Below, in pieces: positions 35,184-46,590 of a stretch of 64,000 bases of DNA (its first letter is position 1; each line of letters starts with the position of its first letter). This DNA is from Oculina patagonica (taxonomy: Eukaryota). The stretch spans positions 1,922,001 to 1,986,000 of the forward strand of contig NW_027558036.1 in assembly GCF_052425735.1 (NCBI RefSeq), given 5' to 3'. The notes under the pieces are model-generated. The model worked only from the letters and a program-made list of their open reading frames with translations, did no database searches and had not been told where the DNA came from. Made by a program: the position numbers and the translations under genes.

Positions 35184-38100
35184 CTAAAAAGACAAAGAGA
35201 CTAAAAGGCGAGGGAAAAAAACCCCATCTGAAACAGTTCCAATGGCACCGTTCGCACCCCATTGGCGATTGAAATAACGACGACGACGCTCAGAGATGAA
35301 ACGCTTGAAGAGCAAGGGAAGATAAAAACGGACTCTAGACTTCAAACATGCCAGGAGCCGAAGGGCGCCCGGTCGCTCCGAGCGAAAGCGGAAATCATTC
35401 CGCTGACACCAAATGAGAAACTTACAGACATTTAAAAGATAAGCAAAGACCCTGGGCACGCAGCGGAATTCGTCCCTGCCAAAACCAAAGAGCACATGAC
35501 GCACCTCAATGGACGGAGCCAAAGGAGATGCTCGTGTTAAAAGTGACTGGATCCAAGAGATGCCACTCTGGGCAAGCGGGCAGTCGAAGAAAAGGTGCCT
35601 AAGACTCTCGGTGTGATGACCACAAAAACAAGCCAGGGGAAAGTCGTAGCCGAAGGAAACTAAACGCTCGGCGGTGTACAGGACCCCGTGAGCAATCTTC
35701 CAACTAAGATCAATGACTTGCCTATCAAGAGGCAAGAGAAAAAGGGAGCTCCAGGTGGAAAGCCAGTCAATGTTAGGAAAAAACGGGCGAAATTTGACAA
35801 CACAATGCGGAGTGCACGGGTTGAAAGACAGAAGGAGCTGGTAACACTGCTTGCAGGTGATAACATTGACCGGAATAGGACTAGCAGAAGAAGATGCAAT
35901 GACAAGACCATTCGGAGATCCAGAGCCGTCAAGCGCGCGCCAAGCTTTCAACAAGGCCGCGTAAAAGGGGGGCAAAACATCCGGGTCAAAACTAAACGGG
36001 TCCGAAAAAACCTGCATAGGCGAAGCATTAAAATGGGAATAAAACCAAAAAGACATCAGGCCAACCCAACCACTCGGGGAGGACGCAAAACGCTTGCTCC
36101 ATTGGACCAAGAGGGACTGCACTTTAAAACCGGTAGAGACGACGGAAAAGCCACCATTCTCTCTAGCATGGATGACCACATTCCGAGCAACCAAATCCCT
36201 CTTTCCACTCCAGAAAAACTTGAAGACAAGCGAAGCAAGCTCAGACTGGGCCCAGGGGGGCATGTGGACCAAGGAGGCCACATACCACACCCTAGACAGA
36301 GCTAAAGCGTTGGAAACCAGAGCCTTGCCACCAAAAGAAAGGGATCTCGAACGCCAGGAGCTCAAACACTTTTCAACCGCCTCAATACGAGGAAGCCAAT
36401 TTGAGTCGTCCAAGAGGCCATTGCCAATGAAGACACCCAACACCTTGATTTTAACAGAGGTCCACTGAATGGCAACGGGCGCATCGGTGCGACCGCGCCA
36501 CGCCCCCAGCCACAAACCTTCACACTTGGAGAGATTCAACTTCGAACCAGTGCCTTTCTCAAAACGGTCGTAGGTGAAGAAGACTGCACCAGTGGCATCG
36601 TCAGACAAGGAAATGACGGATGTGTCGTCGGCATATAGAGAAAGCACAGGAAGAGGCTCAGGGACCCAAGGGAGCCTGAGACCAACAATGGAGGGATGCG
36701 CACGCAAATTCGCGGCCAACACCTCCATGGTAACAACATAAAGCAAAGGCGACAAGGGGCAACCCTGGCGCACACCACGCGATTGCCAGAAAGGTCTACT
36801 AGTGTAGCCGTTAATGAGGACAGCGCTTCGAACATTAGTGTGCAAAAGCCGAACCCAAGATACAAAAGACGGTCCAAAACCCATGTGTCTAAGTGTAGAA
36901 AGGAGAAAACCCCAGTCGACTCTGTCTAAGGCCTTTTCCTGGTCAAGGGCAAGAATTGCGGCCGGTACATTAAATTCATTGGCATAATGGGCGACGTCAC
37001 TGAGTAAGGCAACATTTTCACCGATGTAACGGCCCCTAACACCACAAGTTTGATCGGGATGGATAACCAAATGCAACACTTTCAAAAGGCGACCAGCCAG
37101 CGCACGGGCACACAGTTTGTAATCTACGTTTAACAAGCTGATGGGCCGCCAGTTTTTATGGAGAAGTCTATCTCCCTTCTTGAAGATGAGTGATATTAAA
37201 GCAACTCTCTGAGAGGAAGGTAAAAGACCAGCATCAAAGGAAGCATTCATGACCTCAACAAGGTCAGAACCAAGAATATCCCAAAAAGCAACGTAAAATT
37301 CCATCGGCAGGCCGTCCGAACCAGGCGACTTGCCTCTCGCCATACCACCAAGGGCAACACGGACCTCACTAACCGAAAGGTGACCCTCACAGACAGGCAC
37401 TTGATCAGCGGGCAAAGACAATGTGACTTTCGACAAAAGGTCTGCTTGAATTTCGGAGTCCGTATCACAAGCAGAAAAGAGAGAAGAGTAGAAAGTCCTC
37501 CAGGAATCACAAATCCCATCCAAATCAGAAACAGTTGAACCATCCGGGTTCTTCATTGCCCCGATCCAGTCCAGGGCACCCCTCTTCTTTTCCAGCCTGA
37601 GAAAGTATCTCGATGAGGACTCTCCTTCCTCAGCCCACTTAACTCTGGACCTAACTTTGGCCCCCTGGGCGGCAGAAAGATCCAAGTCAGCAATTTTAGA
37701 CAACACATTATGGTAGATAGGCAGAAGGGACACAGTTCCATAATCAATTTTCATTTTGAGATGGTCGGCTAAAGCGACAAGGACAGACCTAGAAACATTT
37801 TGGTTTTTGGCTCTCTTCTTTGAGAAATCAATAGCAATACCCTTTATTCGCTCCTTACCACGATCCCACCAAGAGAGGAGGGAGTCAAAGGAGTTCTTCC
37901 TGAGCTTCCAACCGCACCAGAAAGTCTTAACAGAGTCCACAAAGTCCGCATCAGAAAGGATGGAAGTATTGAGCTTCCACCTACCAGGCCCACGAGGGAT
38001 CGGATCCGGAATAACACACTCAAGAGCAACAGCCGAGTGGTCCGAGTAAGGACAAGACAAGATGTCACAGGACTCGACTAAATGAAGCCAAGTGAGCGGA

Positions 38101-38741
38101 CAACCAAAAAGATCAATGCGCGAGGAAAGCGAACCATCAGGCTTGAGCCAAGTGAAGGCCACAAATGAGGGATGTAAATGACGCCACACATCAGCAACAC
38201 AACAATTGTTGAAGAAAGACGCAAGAGCAACGGAGCTCTCGCGAGAAATGTCAGACACATTTGAACCACGCCGATCCAAAGCCCGATCAAAAACAGCGTT
38301 AAAGTCACCCCCAATTAAAGTAGGAACGGAAAGATCAATTTTAGATGCATAAAAATCATAAAACACATCCCTCTCGGGGTTACGGTTCGGCGCGTAAACA
38401 CAAGCGACACCAAAGGAAGAACCATTATGTTTGAAATGGGCCAAAACAAACCTTCCATCGGTATCAAAAGAAAAACTCGAGATCGTAAACACCGACCTGT
38501 ACAAGATGACCGACCCACAAGAACGGGTGGTTCCAGGGGAGGACACAGTCAGGAAACCATAGGGGGAAAACCAGGAGTCACACTCGCTGCAAGTGGAGAC
38601 ATGAGTCTCTTGCAGTAAAACAAAATCAACATTAAGGTGGCTAAGCCACTGCAACAGAGACATCCGCTTGTTCGGGTCACGTAACCCGTTCACATTTAGA
38701 GTCAAAAACTTGAACGTAAGAGCAGGATGAAATAAATACAA
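35184..38741 (-). CDS. Tx1 ORF2: APE endonuclease + RT + zinc-binding C-terminus (open frame, no AUG at start)
   Basis: TLNVNG, LQETH, GGDFN, SRID, SDH; PGSDG, WRPISL, LDQEKALD (usually KAFD), QGCPLSP, YADD; CFCGHHTESLRHLFFDC. Confidence 0.92.
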   Translation of the reverse strand: MYLFHPALTFKFLTLNVNGLRDPNKRMSLLQWLSHLNVDFVLLQETHVSTCSECDSWFSPYGFLTVSSPGTTRSCGSVILYRSVFTISSFSFDTDGRFVLAHFKHNGSSFGVACVYAPNRNPERDVFYDFYASKIDLSVPTLIGGDFNAVFDRALDRRGSNVSDISRESSVALASFFNNCCVADVWRHLHPSFVAFTWLKPDGSLSSRIDLFGCPLTWLHLVESCDILSCPYSDHSAVALECVIPDPIPRGPGRWKLNTSILSDADFVDSVKTFWCGWKLRKNSFDSLLSWWDRGKERIKGIAIDFSKKRAKNQNVSRSVLVALADHLKMKIDYGTVSLLPIYHNVLSKIADLDLSAAQGAKVRSRVKWAEEGESSSRYFLRLEKKRGALDWIGAMKNPDGSTVSDLDGICDSWRTFYSSLFSACDTDSEIQADLLSKVTLSLPADQVPVCEGHLSVSEVRVALGGMARGKSPGSDGLPMEFYVAFWDILGSDLVEVMNASFDAGLLPSSQRVALISLIFKKGDRLLHKNWRPISLLNVDYKLCARALAGRLLKVLHLVIHPDQTCGVRGRYIGENVALLSDVAHYANEFNVPAAILALDQEKALDRVDWGFLLSTLRHMGFGPSFVSWVRLLHTNVRSAVLINGYTSRPFWQSRGVRQGCPLSPLLYVVTMEVLAANLRAHPSIVGLRLPWVPEPLPVLSLYADDTSVISLSDDATGAVFFTYDRFEKGTGSKLNLSKCEGLWLGAWRGRTDAPVAIQWTSVKIKVLGVFIGNGLLDDSNWLPRIEAVEKCLSSWRSRSLSFGGKALVSNALALSRVWYVASLVHMPPWAQSELASLVFKFFWSGKRDLVARNVVIHARENGGFSVVSTGFKVQSLLVQWSKRFASSPSGWVGLMSFWFYSHFNASPMQVFSDPFSFDPDVLPPFYAALLKAWRALDGSGSPNGLVIASSSASPIPVNVITCKQCYQLLLSFNPCTPHCVVKFRPFFPNIDWLSTWSSLFLLPLDRQVIDLSWKIAHGVLYTAERLVSFGYDFPLACFCGHHTESLRHLFFDCPLAQSGISWIQSLLTRASPLAPSIEVRHVLFGFGRDEFRCVPRVFAYLLNVCKFLIWCQRNDFRFRSERPGALRLLACLKSRVRFYLPLLFKRFISERRRRYFNRQWGANGAIGTVSDGVFFPRLLVSLSF

Positions 38742-38746
38742 AGGAA

Positions 38747-40113
38747 CTACTTGCGTCTGACGGGTGGCCTAGAGTTCGCCACAGCCGGCAAAGACACATG
38801 AACACCAGGCTTATGCGAAGACTTGCTAACACCAGCTTGAGAGGCTGGCCTTCTTCGAAGTAACCTGTCAACAACACTCGATTTTTCAACAATTCTAGGG
38901 TCCCTAGGACCCTGATCAATGTCAGAAGACTCCAAACCAATTCGGGGGTCCCTAGGACCGTGATCAATGTCAGGAGACTCCAAAGACTCCAGGCTATCGA
39001 TATCGTTATATCATTATCGACTTCAACGATCTCAGGACGTAAAATACTTTGACTATTTTGGCTTGAAGGATCAGAACCATTCTCCAAAGAAACACCACCA
39101 GAGGACTCCGTGGAGTCGACTCGCTGCCCACAAGTTAAGTGGTACGCCTCCTCAGCAGTAGAAAGCGGGGGGGGAGAGTCCTGAACGGAGGAAACAACAT
39201 CACGGGACGGGGGAACAGAAGCAACACCCTCAGCATTTCCCTGGGAACCAGGCTGAGGGGACACGACCATAGAAACACCATCATCCGAAGGCATACTAGC
39301 ATCATCAACAACACGGGGAACAGTGTCATTCCCATCGGGGAAAAGGCTGACACCGGAAACACCAACAGCGTCCGAGGATGCAACAGAACCCCCGGACGCA
39401 GCAGATCGGGAAGACATGATCAACCAACCCTCGGCTCTATCAGCCCTATCACGCTCACGCTCCTCTGCGTTAATTTCTGGGGGATCATTTTCATCCGCAT
39501 CACCAGAACCAGATGCACGAGAATTAGAACCCCAAGGGTTTTTACACTGGCGGGCAAAGTGCCCCGATTGCCCACATTTACGACACTTGTCTTTATTCGG
39601 GCAGTTGGCAGATTTATGACCTTGAACGGCACACAAGTTACAGACGAGCGGCTGCCCGCGGTACCAAATGCGACACGCATAACCATTAATAGTGACAAAG
39701 CGAGGTAAGGTTTCCGAAAGGACAACGCTTACAAGACGGGTACCAGTATACACATTGGGGTTGCCGACGTAAGACTGGCACCTCACGTTTCGAACTTCAC
39801 CAAAATCACTAAAAACCTCCTTAATGGCGTCATGATCCTCCTCATAAGGGTAATCAAAGAGGTGAACCAAGGTGGAGGGAGGTCCACCACCAAGAACAGC
39901 ACAGTACATGCCAAAGAGATGAACACCGGAGTTCCTCTTTGCAGCGTCAAAATTGTCTGGGTTATCAAAAGTAACCCTAATGATATCATATCCAATTTGG
40001 CACGCAACAACACCGCGCGAAAAGACCCTCACAACCTCCTGCATAATTTCATCTTTAGATTTATCAGTCAGTTTCCTGCCCATCTGGACATTTAAGGTCT
40101 TGGGAAGCCGCAT
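38747..40113 (-). CDS. Tx1 ORF1 (RRM-like region + two CCHC knuckles + low-complexity tail), probable frameshift near 39000
   Basis: TGTRLV, IWYRGQP, CNLCAVQGHKSANC, CRKCGQSGHFARQC. The hydrophilic/basic tail ending at 38747 is in another frame, just upstream of ORF2. Confidence 0.8.
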
Positions 40114-41299
40114 ATTAAGGGCTTCCTTCTTAAATACAACAAGATATTTGTTTCAAACTAAATTAAATTCCTTTCTTCAATAGTTATTGTTTCTTAGATA
40201 CTATTCACAAAATATTTCAAAGTTTATTTTCTTTCCTAAATAATATTTCCTTAAATAGTTTTTCAAACAAAACAACAGATTGTTTTTCAAATTAGATACA
40301 CTTAAACTAAATTCCTTCTTTAAGTAATACTGAAAACTAGTTATTGTTTCTTAGGTAATATTCAAACTAAGTTAATTTTTCTTTCCTAAATAATATCTCC
40401 TTAGGTAATTTTGTTTCCTAAGGCAATATTTCACTAAGTATTTCAAACTAAATACACTTAATTAATTTTCTTTTAAAGTAATATTTCTTCAATACAATTA
40501 AACGTTTATTAAAGCAATTTTCACTAGTTATTTCTCTACAATTAATTTTCTTCAATTAGTTATTACTAAAGTAATTTCCTTATATATTTCACTCAAACAA
40601 TTCTTAGCTAACAATTGAGAGAGAAAAAAGCAAGCAAATAGAAAAAAGAAGGAAAAACGACCAAAGGCCCAAGAAAGCGGTCAAAAAGACCAGCCAAAAA
40701 CACACAAGCAAAAACCGGCCCCGAAAGTGACTGCAAAAACACGCCAAAAAAAGCGGCCAAAAAGACCGGCAAAAAACACACAAGCAAAAATCGGTCCCGA
40801 AAGTGACCGCAAAAAGCGAAAAAAGAAGGCCAAAAAGCCTCCCGAAAAACACGAGGGAAAAAACGGTCTAAAAAGCAGACCGTAAAAAGCTTGCCGCAAA
40901 AAACAGCCAGAAAAAAACACACAGAATCAACAAAAAGCTGGGTAACAGCAACCCAACCAAGAGTGCAAAAGGCAAAAAGCCGGATGGGCAATGGAGCCCA
41001 ACCGCACGGAAGAAAGACGAAAAAGGGTTCAAAGAACCCAAAAGACTGGCTTACCCCAAGTTACGGCAAAGAACGCCGAGCATGTGTCCTTGGGAGGGTC
41101 ACCAGTAGAAATTTGGACAAGAAATCAGGACGTAATTATACTTTACCAAATCCTGACCACAAACGACTTGAACTCTTGTACAGCACGTCTTCTAGGAAAC
41201 AGCGGCACACCACAAGGCTCCGGGAGAAAGAAGAACACAACTAGTAACCATATGGGTTTTTCGTCCTGTCTGGCACTACCCGAACGGATCGGAGAATGT

Positions 41300-41700
41300 T
41301 TCGGCCTCATTCAGGACTCAGATTCGCGTAGACGCCATTGGTATAGGAAGGACGAAGACAAAAATACCAAGATAACATGTTTGTTGTTACGATCCCATAC
41401 AAATATTTTGTAATATTAAACGTTAAACATTATTAGCTTTAAACGGCAGAGGAAGTCGAGCGACACCTTTCCTTCTGGGTAGAAGAAGGAGAAGGCCGGT
41501 TCCGAGATATCTACAATATTGAAACCAGTGGAACAGAAACTGTCTATCTAGGATACTATCAAAAAGACGATGTACTGGAGTACGGATGGTTTAAGAGAGC
41601 TGTTAAAAAAGCCATTTATATCTGAACTCACAAAACTTTCCTAAATGCGCACAGAGGCAGATATTAATTACCGCCCGTATGTAACAGCGTTCTGGAAAGC
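41300..41700 (+). pseudogene. Decayed Penelope-like RT/GIY-YIG relic
   Basis: HWYRKDEDKNTKI resembles WxRYVDD; WFKRAVKKAIYI...GRY*LPPVCNSVL resembles the Penelope C-terminus; a GSVLSPTL fragment lies on the other side of the Tx1 at ~34042. Confidence 0.4.
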
Positions 41701-42303
41701 GGACCGAATCGAATTGAGCGGTGAACTGAGTCGAACTAAAAAAAATCAGACCGGCTTGATAGATTTGCTCTGCAGGTAGGGTTTAAAATCAGCCCTAGCA
41801 AGACAGAAGGTTTGCTTGTGAACATCACAGCACCATTGCCAATCAAGATTGGACAGTTGCACCTTGCGATGACTAAATGCTTCACCTATTTGGAAATTAC
41901 ACACTGCAGTAGAGAGGGAACCGACCTGGAAAACCGACTGATGATTAGTAAAGCTGAGGAGCCTCCACAAAATTGCGACCTTTGTGGAGGAGCTTTAAGT
42001 CAAGCCCAAGGCACAAGCAGAAAGATCTACCAAGCTTGTGAACTCTCCGCGCTACTGTCTTTGGATCTGATTGTTGAAAAACGATTATGTACGATCTAAA
42101 AAAGCTTAAGGTTAAACAGAAAACCATCGCCATATTAAACAAATAAATATGAACGTAAATTGTAAACGAAACTTTATCCCGCCTGAGCTCTCGGTACAAG
42201 ATTATAAATGTTTCTCCGCGAGGGAAGGAGGGCTACATTCCTATACCTTTGATATCTGTTTAATGGTCCTTCGTTTCTTTCATATGTCACGATTTGCTTG
42301 CAG

Positions 42304-42537
42304 AAAGACCAAAAACAATTGTTCCATCGCCAGTTGTGAGGACAGTACCAGGTCATTTCCTGTGGTGTTCTGCTGAGGGGTTTCCACCCATTAACATGAC
42401 GTTGCTTCGGCACTATACATCTTTGGCTAATGGAGTTGGAATGGTAATGGAAAAAGCAGACAAGGAAGACAACTACACCTGTTTTGCTAGGAATGGGGCT
42501 GGCACTGACTCTAAAGAGTTCCCAGTAACATTTGTGG
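42304..42537 (+). CDS. Host gene exon: immunoglobulin-like domain
   Basis: TTGCAG acceptor, G|GTGAGT donor, phase 1-1; LWCSAEGFPPINMTL...DEDNYTCFARNGAGTDS. Confidence 0.85.
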
Positions 42538-42629
42538 GTGAGTCTCTCCTGTTGTTTTTTTTAGAAGCCATACCTAAAATTTACAGAAGTGAGCTCCTTC
42601 CTTTGATGATACAAATTTATAAATAGTGT

Positions 42630-43250
42630 GCTATTGTGCACTGTACGGTAGGGTGCGGTTAGTGTGATGCAGTATAGTGTGTTGATCGGTGTGATGCGGT
42701 GTGCTGTAGAGTGCTGCACGTGTGCGGTGAGATGCGGTACGGTGTGGTGTGGTGTGGTGCAGTTTGGGGTAGTGTGGCTTGGTGTAGTGTGGCTCGGTGT
42801 GGTGTGGTGTGCTTCGGTGTGGTGTGATGTGATGAGTATGGTTTTTTGTGTTGCGGGGTGGTGCGGTGCGGTGCGGTGCGGTGCGGTGCGGTGTGCCATG
42901 AGTTGTGGTGCGGTGCGGTACGGTGAGTGTCGTGCATGTGGAATGGTGTGTATGGTTGTTGTGGTTTGGTGTGCTGCGGAACTTTGTGGGGCAGTGTGGT
43001 GTGGTGAGTTGTGTTGTGGTGTGATGTGGTGTACTGTGCGTCGCAACGGGTGTGGTGAGGTGCGGCAGGTAAAGGCGTAGTTGAGTGTGGTGCGGTGTGG
43101 AATTGTTTGCTGCGGTACGGTGCAGTGTGGTGAGTGTGTGCGTGTGGGGTTGGGTGCGATGTCGTTCAATATGGTTCGGCTCGGCAGTTTGTGGTTTAGC
43201 GTGTTGTAACGCAGTGTGGTGTGGTGAGGTGTGGTGTGGTGTGCGGTAGT
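42630..43250. repeat. Degenerate (GGTGT/GGTGC)n pentanucleotide satellite
   Basis: Directly visible; explains the His/Thr-rich spurious ORFs. Confidence 0.9.
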
Positions 43251-43478
43251 TTCTATGAAGGAATTTAAAAATATGCCAAGTGTGCACAATGGCTTATAAT
43301 GTTGTAATCAGTAATGCATGCGACTGAAACAAACTGATATATTTTTGTTACACAGGCTCAATATCATCTGTTTTAACATTGCCTTGTTTTTATAAGGCGA
43401 TAGTAACCCTCATAATTTTTAAGTAGAGAATCTACTTTAATCCGAATGCTAGCGCTGTTATACATGGATATTTTTCAG

Positions 43479-43609
43479 GTTGCGAGAATGTTTGCTCTGG
43501 CGATGGCAGAGTTGATGAAAAAGACCAAGTTAACAATGACTATAAGTTGCACGAATATCGGTTCAACGATTGACCTATTCAAATGCCTTCCGACAACAGC
43601 GACAAAGTT
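43479..43609 (+). CDS. Host gene exon: LRR N-terminal cap, with apparent 1-nt frameshift
   Basis: TTTTTCAG acceptor, TT|GTAAGA donor; GCENVCS... in the entering frame and SCTNIG...CLPTTATKL in the exiting frame; 131 nt where 130 or 133 would keep the frame. Confidence 0.7.
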
Positions 43610-43653
43610 GTAAGATTTTGCTATTCTTTATAATATAATTTCCTCTGTTTTGG

Positions 43654-43700
<47 letters not shown>
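43654..43700. repeat. (GTCT)n microsatellite
   Basis: Directly visible. Confidence 0.95.
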
Positions 43701-43706
<6 letters not shown>

Positions 43707-44264
43707 TTGTCTCTGTCTACAAAAACTTCTTTTAAAGCCAGTTTAAATAAACAATTTTTATGTGACAAATTTATGCTCGTGTAGACGAGGGAAGTTGGCC
43801 AATTTTTATGTGACAAATATATTTGCTGAGAAGCTGGCGTGTTAGCTTTAAAGTGACAAATAAAAGCAGTCACATACAAAAAATTGCTCGTGTACACGAC
43901 TCGTCACATAAAATGTAGCAAATATTGCGTTAGCACATATTTGGTGAAAACTAACCGCAAGAAAACCGGAGTAAAGGTTAATCGCAAGCAATCCGGAGAG
44001 AAAGTTTGAGTCCCGAGCTCGAGACCTGAGCTCGAGTCCTGGCTCGGCATTTAGGCATCCTCTTTTATTAGAAATTTATACGAACTTACACTAACGTTTC
44101 TGAAAAGAAGGGGCCATTATTTGACTCAAAGGGGGGGGGATTAATTTTAAAAAACGGTTGATTATTAATGGAAATACGGTTAAAATAGTATATGATTGTA
44201 AATGTGAATTAAGCATAGGATACTAAATTTTATCTCTCTCATGCACATTTTCAAATGGAAACAG

Positions 44265-44336
44265 GTCTTTACAAAGGAATAAGATCAGCAACCTTCCCAC
44301 GGGTGCATTTCGTCATATGGCTGCGCTTAGAGTCCT
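44265..44336 (+). CDS. Host gene LRR exon 1 (SLQRNKISNLPTGAFRHMAALRVL)
   Basis: 72 nt, phase 2-2, AG/GTAAG, LRR consensus. Confidence 0.88.
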
Positions 44337-46020
44337 GTAAGTTTATATAGATTAAGTCATAGAAAGAGCAACGTATGGAAAACGCGCAGCGAACGAGTGA
44401 CGAATTTTTGCAGCGAGGGAATGAAACTTATTTTAATTATACATAACAAAAAAAAAAACATTGTAAAATCTTTAAGCGTTTTTCAATTTACAATCTGTCA
44501 TACAAGGCAGCGCGAACAAAACAAAGCTGAAAAATGCACGTTGATTTTCTTTACATAACATCGCTTTTCCGGAAAAACCGCTAGAAATCGAAACTGAGCA
44601 GGAAAAAATAGTGGCATGAAACTCTCCTAGATAGAAGATTTATTTAAATAAACACACTGATGCGTTACAAGGAAACTTTGCCACAAGCGAATCAAATAAA
44701 TACGCTGGCGACTACTTTTGAACAAAACTATGTTATTACGACGACATAACTCAAACACATTCAAATATGCAATTTATCTTACCATGGCGCTCGAATATCC
44801 TTTGAAAGCTTGCGGATGGGTTGTAAATTCCGAAGAACTAAAAATGAACGAGCGAACTTAAAATATCAGTGAAATCTACACAAATTAGCTAACCAAAATG
44901 ACACAAAGAATACAAAGTATCTGAATATGCCTGCAAAATGTCTACAATTTATTGCAATAAATCATCGTAAAGTGTTCACATTTTCTTTGTAAAATCAACA
45001 TGTAAAAACAAAAGTGTGTAGAGATCATAGCTCATAAATTCAAATAACCTCTACAAAAAGCGAAAAAATAAGTGCTTAATGTACATAACTATTGTGCATG
45101 CTTTAAATATCTGTAAAATATAACGCAACTAAAATCGTGACAGGGTAAGTGGGAGGTACTCAAACCCACCGTTATCTTGATTGTATGTATTTTGTAGTTT
45201 TATTTTAAAGTAATAAATAAAGTTTAAGCTGAGTTGAAGTTGTGACAAGAACAAAGCACGCAAATAACAATGTGGCTTGATGAGGGGGGGGGGGGGGGGA
45301 GGGGGCAGCAATGTGGCAGGTTAAGCAAGATTTTAAGTAATGTACGCAAAATACCTCACTTATTCCTCCCAATAATGTTGGAGTAAAATAAAAATATTGT
45401 AAGATTTTTCCTTACTGGCTGGATCGGACAAGATTAAGGCAAGAGTATATCATGAGATGGCAGCAAGACCGACACAACAAACGCTAAAAACTTAAGGGAA
45501 GTCGCTACGCAGACTTAACCGAACCACAAGGAGCTTACAAAGTTAATGATGTATACCTAATTGTCACTGCCCTTCACCAATGGAGGGAGGGTGGGTAAAA
45601 CTAGATTATTACAATTTTAACTCTTTCGTGCAAAAGCTGCCAGAACAATACCCTGGGATATTTTTCTGCTGCTTTTGCAGCAGGACAATGCCTCAAAGTT
45701 CAGCCAAAAGATAAAGTTGTATTATAAACGAATCAAAGTGGCTATGAGCCGCTGAACTCTGAAAGTGACTATGAAACGAGAATATAAAACCGAGAACTTT
45801 GAAACATAAAGTTTGCCTAAAACAAGTCAAGTTTTGAACCGATAAGTTCAATCCCGGTATCTTAAAAACTATCTTTGTACTGATATGTATAACATCAACT
45901 TTTGTAACGGAAGCTCCAGCTTAATTTCCACACTTTTGCATTCGAGGTAAACTTCGACTACCAGCCTAATATATTTAAACTGTCATTAACTTAATTCAAC
46001 CCGAAATCAAATCACTTTAA

Positions 46021-46458
46021 CCCTATTCGGACCGGGCTTTTTTGGACCTTCTCTGACCGGGGGGGGGGGGGGTAACTTCCAGAATATTTAAGTAATCACA
46101 ATGAAACTTATAGGATATATAGTATGTCTGAAAATCTTTCCTTTGGTATACGTCACGTAGGGTGATGACGTCACATCACGTGACAATTACATCATGACGT
46201 CAAAACAGGCGCCATCTTGGATCCGCCACCTTGGATTTCAAACTTTTTCCAAAATGCTAAAAAACCAAACAAAATTAGTACAAAGTAATTAAAATAAAAA
46301 AAAAATTTTAATAAAAAAAAAAAAAAAAAAAAAAATTTATAATAAAATTTTTTTTTTTATAAAAAAAAAAAAAAAAAAAAAAATTTGAAAAAAAAACTCT
46401 CCCAATAACCCTCCCCGGGGTTGTCTCCTCACTCCCACCCACCACCACCAAAACAAAA

Positions 46459-46489
<31 letters not shown>

Positions 46490-46590
46490 GAAAAAAAAGG
46501 GCAATAAAAAAAAAAAAAAAGTTATAAGAGTTCAAAGTCAGCGCGGGCCTCAAAAGCCCCCTCCCCCCCCCCCCCCGGGTCTGAATAGGG
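46021..46590. mobile_element. piggyBac-type MITE, second copy (centre is low-quality sequence)
   Basis: Same TIRs and TTAA flanks as 21517-22094. Confidence 0.85.

Larger units (their letters stand above)
34099..41245 (-). mobile_element. Tx1-clade LINE, near full length, intronic and antisense to the host gene
   Basis: ORF1 with zinc knuckles, ORF2 APE-RT, ~1.1-kb 5' and 3' UTRs, AATACA followed by an A-rich tail at ~34119-34099. No TSD found; the 5' boundary is approximate. Confidence 0.82.

Noticed and set aside
35660-39725. Antisense and alternative-frame ORFs over the Tx1 ORFs (likewise over the other elements)
   Set aside because: Shadow ORFs of long coding regions with no recognisable motifs.
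42561-43289. His/Thr-rich and Cys/Val-rich ORFs
   Set aside because: Translations of a pentanucleotide satellite.
46260-46520. Apparent poly(A) hypermutation inside the second piggyBac MITE
   Set aside because: Similar length to the clean copy at ~21780-22040 but smeared into homopolymers between poly-G and poly-C tracts; typical of low-quality read or gap-fill artefact.
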